From IMG/VR virus record IMGVR_UViG_3300027759_000045, positions 1 through 64,000 of that record: 64,000 nucleotides of DNA. One strand, written 5' to 3'. Shown here piece by piece: positions 37,086 to 46,430 of this stretch. How positions within the stretch are numbered: position 1 is the first letter of the stretch; each line of letters starts with the position of its first letter. Below the pieces are notes generated by a model, which was not told the origin of the DNA, did no database searches, and saw only the letters and a program-made list of their open reading frames with translations. Both the position numbers and the translations under genes were made by a program.

Positions 37086-37708
37086 AATATATCTTTGTGG
37101 CCGGTGCTCCGGGCTCAAAATGGAGCAGTGTAGTTAAAAATATCTACTACAGTCCTGACATTGATCGGTCAGACTACAGAGATGAATGGACTTATTATCA
37201 CGATGCGTCTGGCACTCGCGAACTCATGCACCTGGGTGCGTATTTTGATCCGGGCATGGCCTCTGCATTGCCCGAGGATTTGACCACACTGACTAGATCT
37301 GAATTAGAAAAAATCTTTGCTGAACCATTTAAATTCAAAGAATCTCATAGCACACGAATTATCAAAAGTCATGTGTTCTCAACGCATCTTGAGTATCTGC
37401 GAGAACAGTTTCCGGAGTCGCCCATTGTGTTGGTGCATCGCCCAGACGATGCTTGCCTGGGCTGGTGGGTCAAGTGCGGGCACTTTGACATAACATATCC
37501 CTCCTATGACATATATTATAAAAACTTAAAGACTATGGCCACGATAATTAAACAACAGAATGTGGGAATTGTCAATGCTTCATTAAAGTACCCAGGACAA
37601 CATCCGTTGACCAATCAACAGTTGGCACGAATGCTGGGTATAGCAGTACCGCCAAAGGAGTATGAACAAAGCTATGGCGCAAGCGACATAAGGGTAACAG
37701 TAATATGA
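37082..37708 (+). CDS. Sulfotransferase-like P-loop protein
   Basis: FVAGAPGSKWSS, IIKSH, VLVHR. Confidence 0.5.
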   Translation: MKYIFVAGAPGSKWSSVVKNIYYSPDIDRSDYRDEWTYYHDASGTRELMHLGAYFDPGMASALPEDLTTLTRSELEKIFAEPFKFKESHSTRIIKSHVFSTHLEYLREQFPESPIVLVHRPDDACLGWWVKCGHFDITYPSYDIYYKNLKTMATIIKQQNVGIVNASLKYPGQHPLTNQQLARMLGIAVPPKEYEQSYGASDIRVTVI

Positions 37709-38367
37709 TAACAGAAGAATTTAAAAGCAGTTGGGATTTTACCAAGAGCCGCAGTACATATCACTTTGATAGTACTGTAAAAGATGCACCGGAATCTGTG
37801 CTCACACACTTAGGGCACATTGAGCCTACTTGGCAAGCAGACATAGCAGACATTGTCAATCATTCTACACCAGCCACCTGGGAAACACGTGGCTACAAAG
37901 GAGAAGGCGTGCTGCCACCACGTGAAGATTTGCTTGCTGAAGAGTACGATGTCTCTCGTGTGGGTGCTGATCCCAAAATGATCATTACACACTTGAACTG
38001 GCAGATACCAGATTCACTGAAAGCAATTACTGCGGCATTTGGACTAGATGACTGTATGGAACGCATACACATACAACAGCCAGGCGAAGTGTGGAATCTG
38101 CACATGGACAAACTGCAAAAATGGTCGCCTGAAGATCCCAGTCGTGTGGGCCGGTACTTTGTTCAACTAACAGACTGGCAACCTGGACAGTTCTGGGAGT
38201 ACGGCAACTATCACTGGAATCAATGGTCAGCAGGAGATGTATCAACTTTTGACTGGGCAAACATACCACACAGCACTGCCAATGCTGGCCATCATCCTCG
38301 GGTGACATTTCAATTAACTGGTGTTATTACAGATCAGACTCGCCGCTTCCTAGCATCTCTACAATGA
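37705..38367 (+). CDS. 2OG-Fe(II)/Asp-hydroxylase-like double-stranded beta-helix oxygenase
   Basis: QQPG...LHMD, PHSTAN.G..PR..FQ. Confidence 0.7.
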   Translation: MITEEFKSSWDFTKSRSTYHFDSTVKDAPESVLTHLGHIEPTWQADIADIVNHSTPATWETRGYKGEGVLPPREDLLAEEYDVSRVGADPKMIITHLNWQIPDSLKAITAAFGLDDCMERIHIQQPGEVWNLHMDKLQKWSPEDPSRVGRYFVQLTDWQPGQFWEYGNYHWNQWSAGDVSTFDWANIPHSTANAGHHPRVTFQLTGVITDQTRRFLASLQ

Positions 38368-38588
38368 ACAAGTATCATGTTAGATTCAACACCAAGCACA
38401 ACGGCAGTGAGTTAGTGTGGCGCATCTTTGAAAATGGTCAGGAGCATCTAGCCTCTGATGTTCGCATCATTGGAGAAACCTACACCGAATGCACAAACGA
38501 ACACGGCGAAACAAAATGGAACATTGCTTGTGAAGGTCGAATGGTCTGGGTTGATCAAGTTGCTGTAATTGTCACAGACAAAGACTAA
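38364..38588 (+). CDS. Hypothetical protein
   Basis: 74 aa coupled ORF. Confidence 0.6.
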   Translation: MNKYHVRFNTKHNGSELVWRIFENGQEHLASDVRIIGETYTECTNEHGETKWNIACEGRMVWVDQVAVIVTDKD

Positions 38589-38622
38589 CAATGAAAAAAC
38601 ACTTTTAAAAAGAATTGGATAG

Positions 38623-39408
38623 ATGACTAATTGGGCACTGCAATATTCCGGCGGATCTGGTGGATTTCTATTGTTACATCTTTTGTTATTGTCGGACAAG
38701 TTTTACACTGCATTTGACAGAAATATACCACTGGCCCAACTAATTCAAGAACACTGGAATATAAAATCTCCTGATCAATGGAAAAGCACTGAAATATGGC
38801 CAGATGCTCAAATCACACTAGACGCCCGGGTTGATTTTGATAAAATCTATTTTCAATGCAATCCATTTGAATACGATTACAACACTGTCTTGAAAGAATT
38901 AGTTTATAAAAAAATTGTTATCTATACAGATTACCAAAGCCAATTGTTATTAGCTCATTATAAAAAAGCAAATTGGTATATTAGTGTCCCTGGGCAAGAT
39001 TTAAAATATATTAAATTTAAAAAAGTTTTAAACAACTGGAAAGACCATTACGCCAATATAAAAGATCCATTGTGGCCAAAATGTCTCAGTGTCAGACATA
39101 TCGATCGTCTACCTGAGAATATACAAAAAGAAATATTAGCAGATCCGTATACTGAATATTTTTTAAATCTTACATATCAGGATCCTAGTGCGTATTTTAA
39201 CAATGAACTGGTGCATGAACCTATGATACCCTATTTAGAATCAGCCGATGTGGCTGTTAAATTGCAAGATTTAGTTAACAGCAATGGAAAAATTTTAGAA
39301 ACATTGTTCGACATACCTAAAATTAATAATAAACAACTGTTGTTGTTAAAAAAATGGAAACAACATCATACCAATGAGTTATTAATCAGCATAGGAATAA
39401 CCCCATAA
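38623..39408 (+). CDS. Sulfotransferase-like/P-loop protein (AT-rich) with DPxWP module
   Basis: YSGGSGGFLL N-terminal loop; YANIKDPLWPKC..LPE.I..EI. Confidence 0.45.
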   Translation: MTNWALQYSGGSGGFLLLHLLLLSDKFYTAFDRNIPLAQLIQEHWNIKSPDQWKSTEIWPDAQITLDARVDFDKIYFQCNPFEYDYNTVLKELVYKKIVIYTDYQSQLLLAHYKKANWYISVPGQDLKYIKFKKVLNNWKDHYANIKDPLWPKCLSVRHIDRLPENIQKEILADPYTEYFLNLTYQDPSAYFNNELVHEPMIPYLESADVAVKLQDLVNSNGKILETLFDIPKINNKQLLLLKKWKQHHTNELLISIGITP

Positions 39409-39421
39409 TACTTTTAATAAA

Positions 39422-40051
39422 ATGTCAAAAACACTTTTAATTTTAACAGGCCCACAGGGATCTGGCAATCATTTATGGAGTAAAATATTTGCACAGCACC
39501 CTGATGTGTACGGATGGCATGCACTGTTGCATGAATACTGGATAGGGCATGATCAAGAGCCCTTTGCTGAATACTGGGAAAATCCTGATTTACTCAAAGA
39601 CTTTGACTGGAGCCGCTGTGATTACTTTGTCACCAGTGTCAGCACACCTTACATGTTCAATGGTGAACGCACAGTACCCGACATTGTGCGTTTTGCTGCC
39701 ACTGCCATGGGCCTGGGTATCTGTGTAAAAATTGCTGTGATTGGACGAGATTGCAACATACTAAACTATCAACAAACTCGTGTGCGCGGCGAGCCCACTG
39801 TTGATATTGCACTTGCTGAATACAAAAAACTACGCACTTGGGATCCGGTATTTTTAAGTTATGAATTATTGCACTTGTACCGAGAAGATTACCTGCGTCA
39901 GATTGCAAAGCAGTTGGAATTCCCAATGGATTTTACGCATCCGCAGTTAACAAATATTCTAGTAGATGATACCAACAGTAAATACTTTCACCCTGTGGCG
40001 CATCATGCCACAGATGATCTAGCACAACATGCTTCAAGGCAATGGCGATAA
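39422..40051 (+). CDS. Sulfotransferase-like P-loop protein
   Basis: ILTGPQGSGNHLW, VIGRD, FLSYE.L. Confidence 0.55.
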   Translation: MSKTLLILTGPQGSGNHLWSKIFAQHPDVYGWHALLHEYWIGHDQEPFAEYWENPDLLKDFDWSRCDYFVTSVSTPYMFNGERTVPDIVRFAATAMGLGICVKIAVIGRDCNILNYQQTRVRGEPTVDIALAEYKKLRTWDPVFLSYELLHLYREDYLRQIAKQLEFPMDFTHPQLTNILVDDTNSKYFHPVAHHATDDLAQHASRQWR

Positions 40052-40890
40052 TTCACCCAATTTTTCTGTCAGAATTATATTTGTCTACTTATGCTGATAC
40101 ACATTGGCACAACTCTGGTCTGGACAGTCCAGAGTTGTGTTCAAATCGTCAACATTATTTTTCATACCCGCATAAAGTTGAGTATTGTTATAATAGTCGA
40201 GGCTTCAGAGATGCAGAATGGCCTGATGATCTAGCCGATGTAATATGGTGCGTCGGCGATAGCTTCACAGTGGGACTGGGAAGTCCGCGTGAACACACAT
40301 GGCCTTATATACTACAGCAACGCTTGGGTCGGCGCACAATAAATCTCAGCCTGGATGGAGCAAGCAATAATTGGATTGCCAGGATTGGATCTGCCATCCT
40401 AGCGGAATTCCCCAATGCGGTTATTGTGACCCAATGGAGTTTCCTACACAGAAGAGAGTTATCTGTGGAAGCATCGTTAAAAAAAGGATTCCCAGAGTTT
40501 TATAAAGCAGTAGCAGATCACAGTTGGCCGCTGTGCAATAATTTAGATGATTTCAAAGAATTACCCGAATGGATAAAACAAGAAATAAAACAACTGCACA
40601 ATTGGCCAGACTGCCTGACTACTAGTGAAAAGAGACGGGCATATTATATAAATTCCACAACCGAAGAGGATGTTGTTAATACTCAATTCTGCATACAACA
40701 ACTTCAAGGCAATGTTGTGCATTCTGCTATTCCAAATTGGGCACCACCCGGAATTGATTTAAACTATGATAATATAATATTAACCAAGCAGTTGGATCGT
40801 GCTCGCGACGACTTTCATTATGACATTCTTACTAGCAATTCCTTAATAGATCAAATTATTCCAGCCTTGGCATCGAATGCCAGGTACTAA
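40042..40890 (+). CDS. SGNH-like protein with DxxWP module
   Basis: YNSRGFRD, GDSFT.G, NLS.DGASN, ARDDFHY. Confidence 0.55.
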   Translation: MAIIHPIFLSELYLSTYADTHWHNSGLDSPELCSNRQHYFSYPHKVEYCYNSRGFRDAEWPDDLADVIWCVGDSFTVGLGSPREHTWPYILQQRLGRRTINLSLDGASNNWIARIGSAILAEFPNAVIVTQWSFLHRRELSVEASLKKGFPEFYKAVADHSWPLCNNLDDFKELPEWIKQEIKQLHNWPDCLTTSEKRRAYYINSTTEEDVVNTQFCIQQLQGNVVHSAIPNWAPPGIDLNYDNIILTKQLDRARDDFHYDILTSNSLIDQIIPALASNARY

Positions 40891-41983
40891 TTTCATCCAG
40901 TGCAATTTTCTTGATATCAGCATCTGTATAAAGATTGCCTACTCCGCTTTGCTTGACCCAGTTATTGTATGCTTCTGCGCATTGATCAAAGTTGCGTATT
41001 AGTCGGCGTTTTTCCATCATGGTTTGCAATTTAATGGGAACACCTGTGACCATTATTTTATGCTGAACTAACTCATTGATTGCTTTGTAACTGTCAATAT
41101 ACTTGCCGGTATGGTGTTGTAAAAACTGTTTATCACCGGCGCTTAGACTATTGAGAATTGCATTTCTAGTCAACACAGGTGCTAGATCTACACTGTCCAG
41201 CTGGTCCGTAGAGTCGAACGTGATTTTTAAGTTGTCAGGCGCAGGCAACTGCGCACTTATACCGCTTATGTCGCTGGCAAGATAATGACATCGATTCCAG
41301 TCTTGAAATTCAATGCCAAATGTGTCATGCCAGGATTTTGTTTGTTGTCCACCAAATATATCTAAACCTAATATATACTCTTCAATTTTAAGCATGTGTG
41401 TTTCGTATTCAAAATAGGAACTTACAGTAAAATGATCATTGACCCACTGTAAATAATTAACATACTTGTTAAGATATGACAGCATTACATTTACATCAAC
41501 GGTAATTCTATTTTGATATATGCCAGCAAATGCATCGATCTTTTCTTGGTGCGTATAAACATTTAACTTTTTTGAATGTCCTTGAATACACCAACTCAGT
41601 GCGTGTTCTAGTAGATTTTTTCGTTGAGCACTGATTATAAAAAAGTTATCGTTTAGGTATTGATAAAACGGTACTTGATTGGCCAATGAATCTTGTCGAT
41701 TCACAATGTGATAATGTGCCAATCGTGCTGTCTTATAGTGATCTGTACTGTGCAAGTGTTCAATTATTTCATTGAGTGTTTGATAATATCCCCAAGGGCG
41801 GTCAGTTGGTTTACCCAGCACTTCTTGATTGAACACAGGACTGTAGTATTTCATTAGCCCGTTTGTGAGTTCATGCAAATTGATTACAGGGCGATCGTAC
41901 GTGTGCGATTGCATGTACACTGTGATCAGACGTTGCAATAGTGTGCTGCCAACTCGGTCCGGGGTTAAAATTAATACATTCAT
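40856..41983 (-). CDS. Sulfotransferase-like (Stf0-like) protein
   Basis: LTPDRVGSTLL PAPS-loop-like motif; R.NLLEHALSW. Confidence 0.6.
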   Translation of the reverse strand: MNVLILTPDRVGSTLLQRLITVYMQSHTYDRPVINLHELTNGLMKYYSPVFNQEVLGKPTDRPWGYYQTLNEIIEHLHSTDHYKTARLAHYHIVNRQDSLANQVPFYQYLNDNFFIISAQRKNLLEHALSWCIQGHSKKLNVYTHQEKIDAFAGIYQNRITVDVNVMLSYLNKYVNYLQWVNDHFTVSSYFEYETHMLKIEEYILGLDIFGGQQTKSWHDTFGIEFQDWNRCHYLASDISGISAQLPAPDNLKITFDSTDQLDSVDLAPVLTRNAILNSLSAGDKQFLQHHTGKYIDSYKAINELVQHKIMVTGVPIKLQTMMEKRRLIRNFDQCAEAYNNWVKQSGVGNLYTDADIKKIALDEISTWHSMPRLE

Positions 41984-41988
41984 GCAAT

Positions 41989-42001
41989 TACTTAGTAAAT
42001 A
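41989..42001. promoter_or_regulatory. Back-to-back late-type boxes (TAAGTA minus, TAAATA plus)
   Basis: Each lies 5 nt from its ATG. Confidence 0.6.
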
Positions 42002-42006
42002 GCACT

Positions 42007-42801
42007 ATGACACAACGTATTTTAATCATGGGCTTACCAGGAGCCGGCAAAACATATCTGGCACAACACATTGTAGATCACTTACAAGCAGAAAAGAAAC
42101 GGGTAGGTTGGCTCAACGCTGACGATGTACGTAAAAAGTACAACGACTGGGACTTTAGCGAAGCAGGCCGTATTCGACAAAGTCTACGTATGAGAGAACT
42201 GGCAGACACAATGGCCGATGTTGATTATGTGATCTGCGACTTTGTTGCTCCATTGGTTGAGATGCGCAACAACTTCAAAGCAGACTGGACTGTGTGGGTT
42301 GATACCATTGACAAAGGTAGATACGAAGACACTAACCGGGCATTTGTTCCTCCTGAACAGTATGATTTTAGAATCACAGAACAGCACAGTGAGAAATGGG
42401 GCGAGTTTATTGCCGCGCATATCTTAGACAACCGTCGTAGACCGGTGTTTGACTGGCAAAAGGAAACTGTTGAACAACTTGGCAGATGGCAACCTTGGCA
42501 TGCAGGTCACCGTGCGTTGTTTGACAGACTGATACAAAAAACAGGGCAAGTATGCATTATGATTCGTGATTGTCAAGGATGGCAAGGTTCAAATCCATTT
42601 GCAATTGATCAGGTCAAAAACGCTATCAAACGAGATTTAGACATGATGTATCAAGGTCAATACGAAATACTGGTAGTTCCTAATATTACTCATATTGGAT
42701 ACGGTCGCGGAGTAGGCTACACAATGGCAGAAGAAAAATTCGACGAATCTATTACAAACATATCCGGGACAGAGATCCGCAAAAGCCTGGGATTAAAGTA
42801 A
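42007..42801 (+). CDS. Adenylylsulfate-kinase-like domain fused to an HxGH nucleotidyltransferase domain
   Basis: MGLPGAGKT, LNAD.VR..DFS..GR, FVAP..MR; GRWQPWHAGH, THIGYGR, ISGTEIR. Confidence 0.75.
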   Translation: MTQRILIMGLPGAGKTYLAQHIVDHLQAEKKRVGWLNADDVRKKYNDWDFSEAGRIRQSLRMRELADTMADVDYVICDFVAPLVEMRNNFKADWTVWVDTIDKGRYEDTNRAFVPPEQYDFRITEQHSEKWGEFIAAHILDNRRRPVFDWQKETVEQLGRWQPWHAGHRALFDRLIQKTGQVCIMIRDCQGWQGSNPFAIDQVKNAIKRDLDMMYQGQYEILVVPNITHIGYGRGVGYTMAEEKFDESITNISGTEIRKSLGLK

Positions 42802-42858
42802 TTTCCTAAATCGCGCACTCTTTGTTGTTCGCTAAATACTTCCATATAAGGTATACGT

Positions 42859-43332
42859 ATGTCGCAACTTGCATGGATGTTTAGTTTAATTCCAGATTTT
42901 ATTTTTGTACTCATTGCCTGGGCCGCTGCTGTAGGCGGGGTTGGACTATTTTTAGCCAGCAAAGCAGTGCGTTGGATTCCCGGTATTGCACTGTACCGAA
43001 CACCTGCTGAGTTAGCAGGCGTTGTGTTGTTGGTCATTGGTGCCTGGATGCTGGGCGGGCAAGCTGCCGATGCACGTTGGCAAGCAAAAGTTGTAGAAGT
43101 TGAAGCAAAGTTAAAAATTGCCGAAGAACAATCTGTTGTTGCCAACACAGAAATAGAAACCAAAACCCGAGAAACAATCAAATACATTCGTGGTCGCACA
43201 GAGATTGTTAAACAATATGTTGACCGCGAAGTGGTCAAGTACGACACCAAGTTCATGCCAGGCGGCATTTGTGAAATACCTCGAGAATTTGTCAAGGCAC
43301 ACAATGATGCCGCAGAAGGACCTAAAAAATGA
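42859..43332 (+). CDS. Putative inner-membrane spanin (Rz-like)
   Basis: N-terminal TM helices, coiled coil, C-terminal Cys; lysis context. Confidence 0.6.
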   Translation: MSQLAWMFSLIPDFIFVLIAWAAAVGGVGLFLASKAVRWIPGIALYRTPAELAGVVLLVIGAWMLGGQAADARWQAKVVEVEAKLKIAEEQSVVANTEIETKTRETIKYIRGRTEIVKQYVDREVVKYDTKFMPGGICEIPREFVKAHNDAAEGPKK

Positions 43333-43901
43333 GAGCTAATGAATTTGTAACTGAAGAACCCAGAACAGCGGCCCCAAAGCCCGAAATAGTATCAGTACAG
43401 GACGATGGCAAAACGATCACAATTAAAGTACGCGGCCATGACGGGGCTGTGCGAGCAATTGCAAATTCGAACCCAGCGGTGTTACAACAACAGTTGAATC
43501 TCAAATACGGGCTAAGACTGCCACACAGCATTGCTAAAAAGTTTGCAGGAATGCCAGCTGCAATGGCCGAAGATCAAGCAGACAATCCCGACAGTTGGCA
43601 GTCACAGGCAGCAGATGCCGAACGTGATGAAGAAACTGCTAAGATGGCTGCGCAAGATGCTGAGGCAGGTGGATTGGCAGAAGAACAACTAGACGAAAAA
43701 AGTACTAGCCAAGCACAGTTCCGCACAATGGCAGCAGCCGCACACAATCCCAAGTTTGCCAAGAAAGTTGGCATCAGCCCGGATGTGGCTCGAGAATTCC
43801 ACGGTGCTGATCGTAAACAAAATTATAAATCATTGCCCCGGAAAGCCGCAGAAGACGCATCCTGGGGAATGGCACCCGAAAGTCGAGGCTACAAGAAATG
43901 A
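43329..43901 (+). CDS. Putative virion internal protein
   Basis: MRANEFVTE leader; QAQFRTMAAAAHNPKFAKKVGI module. Confidence 0.55.
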   Translation: MRANEFVTEEPRTAAPKPEIVSVQDDGKTITIKVRGHDGAVRAIANSNPAVLQQQLNLKYGLRLPHSIAKKFAGMPAAMAEDQADNPDSWQSQAADAERDEETAKMAAQDAEAGGLAEEQLDEKSTSQAQFRTMAAAAHNPKFAKKVGISPDVAREFHGADRKQNYKSLPRKAAEDASWGMAPESRGYKK

Positions 43902-44179
43902 TCAACAAACGTGTCGTAGCTAGTTTAGTCGTACTTGTGACACTTGCAGGATGCTCAACCGCAGTACCAGTTACTGCACGGTTTCCAGAACCTCCTGGGC
44001 TAAACTCTTTAGAACGTTGCCCCAACTTGGAAAAATTAAAAGATACACCTGTGCTGAGTGATGTTGCTAGAACAGTAACCATCAACTATGGCACCTACTA
44101 TGAGTGCGCCGTAAAAGCAGATGCTTGGCAACAGTGGTATCAGATACAAAAAAATATATTTGAAGGAGCCGTTAAATGA
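43898..44179 (+). CDS. Putative outer-membrane spanin lipoprotein (Rz1-like)
   Basis: Lipobox LAGC; Pro-rich; NY..YYEC. Confidence 0.7.
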   Translation: MINKRVVASLVVLVTLAGCSTAVPVTARFPEPPGLNSLERCPNLEKLKDTPVLSDVARTVTINYGTYYECAVKADAWQQWYQIQKNIFEGAVK

Positions 44180-44793
44180 GTAGCATACTAGCACTGGACC
44201 AACTAAAACAGATGGTCAAGAATCCCTACATTGATCATTGGCACGACGCACTGGATCAGTTGTTAGATGATTACGAAATCAATACACCACTGCGTGTGGC
44301 GCACTTTATTGCACAGTGCGCACACGAGTCGGGCAACTTTGTGTTCATTAAAGAAAACTTAAACTACAAGGCCGCAAGTTTGATGACGGTGTTTAAAAAG
44401 TATTTCCCTACACCGGACTTGGCACAACAATATGCCAACAAACCCGAGCGCATTGCCAACAGAGTATATGCTAATCGTATGGGCAATGGTGATGAAGCAT
44501 CTGGCGACGGATTCCGCTATTGTGGACGTGGACTTATTCAGTTGACCGGCAAAGACAACTACACATTCTTTGCCGGAAGTTTAAATATCAGTGTGGAAGA
44601 GGCCGCAGAATACTTGGCCACCTTTGAAGGTGCCGCACAGAGTGCCTGCTGGTACTGGGAACAAAACAAACTAAATCGCTTTGCTGACGCAGACGATACC
44701 AAGGGGCTCACACGAGCCATCAACGGTGGCTACATTGGTCTAGAAGATCGAATCCAGCATACTGAACACGCATTACATATACTAGGAGCATAA
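44176..44793 (+). CDS. Endolysin, glycoside hydrolase family 19
   Basis: FIAQCAHES, ENLNY, YANRMGNG, GRGLIQLTGK.NY, INGG..G..DR. Confidence 0.92.
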   Translation: MSSILALDQLKQMVKNPYIDHWHDALDQLLDDYEINTPLRVAHFIAQCAHESGNFVFIKENLNYKAASLMTVFKKYFPTPDLAQQYANKPERIANRVYANRMGNGDEASGDGFRYCGRGLIQLTGKDNYTFFAGSLNISVEEAAEYLATFEGAAQSACWYWEQNKLNRFADADDTKGLTRAINGGYIGLEDRIQHTEHALHILGA

Positions 44794-44795
44794 AT

Positions 44796-44915
44796 ATGTT
44801 AGAAACACTATTTTGGTTGGCATTAGGAGCATTTGTTGGATGGAATTTTCCGCAACCAGACTTTGCAAAACGCATACAGGCCCGCGTCATGGCCGCATTT
44901 CGAAAGGATCAATAA
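44796..44915 (+). CDS. Small membrane protein (39 aa; not in ORF track)
   Basis: MLETLFWLALGAFVGWNFPQP...; AGGAG SD. Confidence 0.6.
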   Translation: MLETLFWLALGAFVGWNFPQPDFAKRIQARVMAAFRKDQ

Positions 44916-44916
44916 A

Positions 44917-45858
44917 ATGACAAAGACAAATTTTTTAGCAACAATTATTTTGGCCTTGGCACCCGTGGTGTCCATGAGTCAAAGTCAAACACCAATTAAT
45001 ATCACAGCAGTTACTCCACAAGGCAGTCCTGCTCAGTTTACCAATTATAGTGGTCTGAATGCTACATTTACTTTTCAAACACAAAACACATTGAATAGTC
45101 CATTTTGTAATACCGGTGCAGGCGATATTTGTACCTTGCCAACTGCAACGGCCGGGGTGAATGCATATCCCATTGCCAACACTCGCTGGGGAACATATAA
45201 ACTTAATAACCCCAATGCAGGTTCATGTGCGCCTGGCATTATGTTTGGCGGTGCTCAATACTGCTTGCTAGAGTTTCACTTTCATGGACCTGCAGAACAC
45301 TGGGTCAACAACTCAGTAACTGATTTAGAAGTACACTTTGTCTATTTTAAACTGGCTGATTTTACAGGTCCTTATGGATTGTGTAATGCAGACAGTTTGT
45401 TGGTGTTGGGTCAGCGCATGGTTGGTAATGGCAATACAGCAAACGCAGCCTGGACCACGGTGTTCAATGCAATACCGGCTGCCAATGCCAGCGGCGCAAA
45501 TTCTGGACAGACCGTGAGTTTCAACATTGCAAGCATGATGGGCATGGCCAACTTTAACACAGCACCAAGCTATAGATACAGCGGTGGATTGACTGCACCA
45601 ATTTCAATTGGTACATTAGGCGCCAACAGTACTTGTGTAGCAACTACTAACCCTGCCAATGGTCGTCCATGGTGGGGCAATCCACAACGTCAACTGACTC
45701 AACAAGCATACCCACAAATTGTTTCTTGGGTGTTGTTTAGACAACCAATACAGTTGTCTGTAGCACAGGTAGCACAATTTAAAACTGTGTTCCCTGATGG
45801 CAATGCTCGTGCTGTACAACCACAAGGTTCTACTGTTTATTTTGCCAATCCAAATTGA
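44917..45858 (+). CDS. Secreted alpha-class carbonic anhydrase
   Basis: Signal peptide, QTPINI, EFHFH.PAEH, LEVHFV, YRYSGGLTAP, V.WVLF, NARAVQP. Confidence 0.85.
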   Translation: MTKTNFLATIILALAPVVSMSQSQTPINITAVTPQGSPAQFTNYSGLNATFTFQTQNTLNSPFCNTGAGDICTLPTATAGVNAYPIANTRWGTYKLNNPNAGSCAPGIMFGGAQYCLLEFHFHGPAEHWVNNSVTDLEVHFVYFKLADFTGPYGLCNADSLLVLGQRMVGNGNTANAAWTTVFNAIPAANASGANSGQTVSFNIASMMGMANFNTAPSYRYSGGLTAPISIGTLGANSTCVATTNPANGRPWWGNPQRQLTQQAYPQIVSWVLFRQPIQLSVAQVAQFKTVFPDGNARAVQPQGSTVYFANPN

Positions 45859-45878
45859 TATAAAAAAGAAAATTAAAA

Positions 45879-46415
45879 ATGATCGAAGAAAAGAAACCCT
45901 TATCACGCAGTGAACGTGAAGCTCAGATCAAAGACAAAGCCGGCCTGGTCATTGTGTTTATGGCCTTGTTCCTGGCAGCAAATACATATCTTGCCAATGG
46001 GTTTAGTAGCACAGCACAAACTAACCTGTTACAGGCCAGTAACACATATGGTTTTTATCAGAGCAAAAGTATCAAACAAACTCTTGCTGAAGGACAATTA
46101 GAAGAAGCTAAGAAGGGCACTGATAAAGCTCGCATTGAGAAACTGGAAGCCAAGATTGCTCGTTACGAAAGTGAACCGGCCACTGGCGAAGGCAAACGAG
46201 AACTGCTTGAAAAAGCACGGGCACAAGACGCCGCACGTGAAGAAGCCAGAGCACACAGTCCTTGGTTAACATTCTCCGGCATGTTGTTTCAACTGGCCAT
46301 TGTACTGTTAAGTGCTAGTATTTTGTCGGTGAACAACCGGATGTACCGGGCCAGTTTAGGTGTTGGTGCAGTTGGATTAGTGCTGATGGCCCAGGGCTAT
46401 TGGTTGTGGTTTTAA
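45879..46415 (+). CDS. DUF4337-like membrane protein
   Basis: FYQSKSIKQ, coiled coil, FQLAIVL.S. Confidence 0.65.
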   Translation: MIEEKKPLSRSEREAQIKDKAGLVIVFMALFLAANTYLANGFSSTAQTNLLQASNTYGFYQSKSIKQTLAEGQLEEAKKGTDKARIEKLEAKIARYESEPATGEGKRELLEKARAQDAAREEARAHSPWLTFSGMLFQLAIVLLSASILSVNNRMYRASLGVGAVGLVLMAQGYWLWF

Positions 46416-46430
46416 TAACAAGGAGTTGGC

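Noticed and set aside
44833-44916. Upstream extension of the carbonic anhydrase ORF
   Set aside because: The signal peptide begins at 44917, and the region is occupied by a 39-aa ORF in another frame
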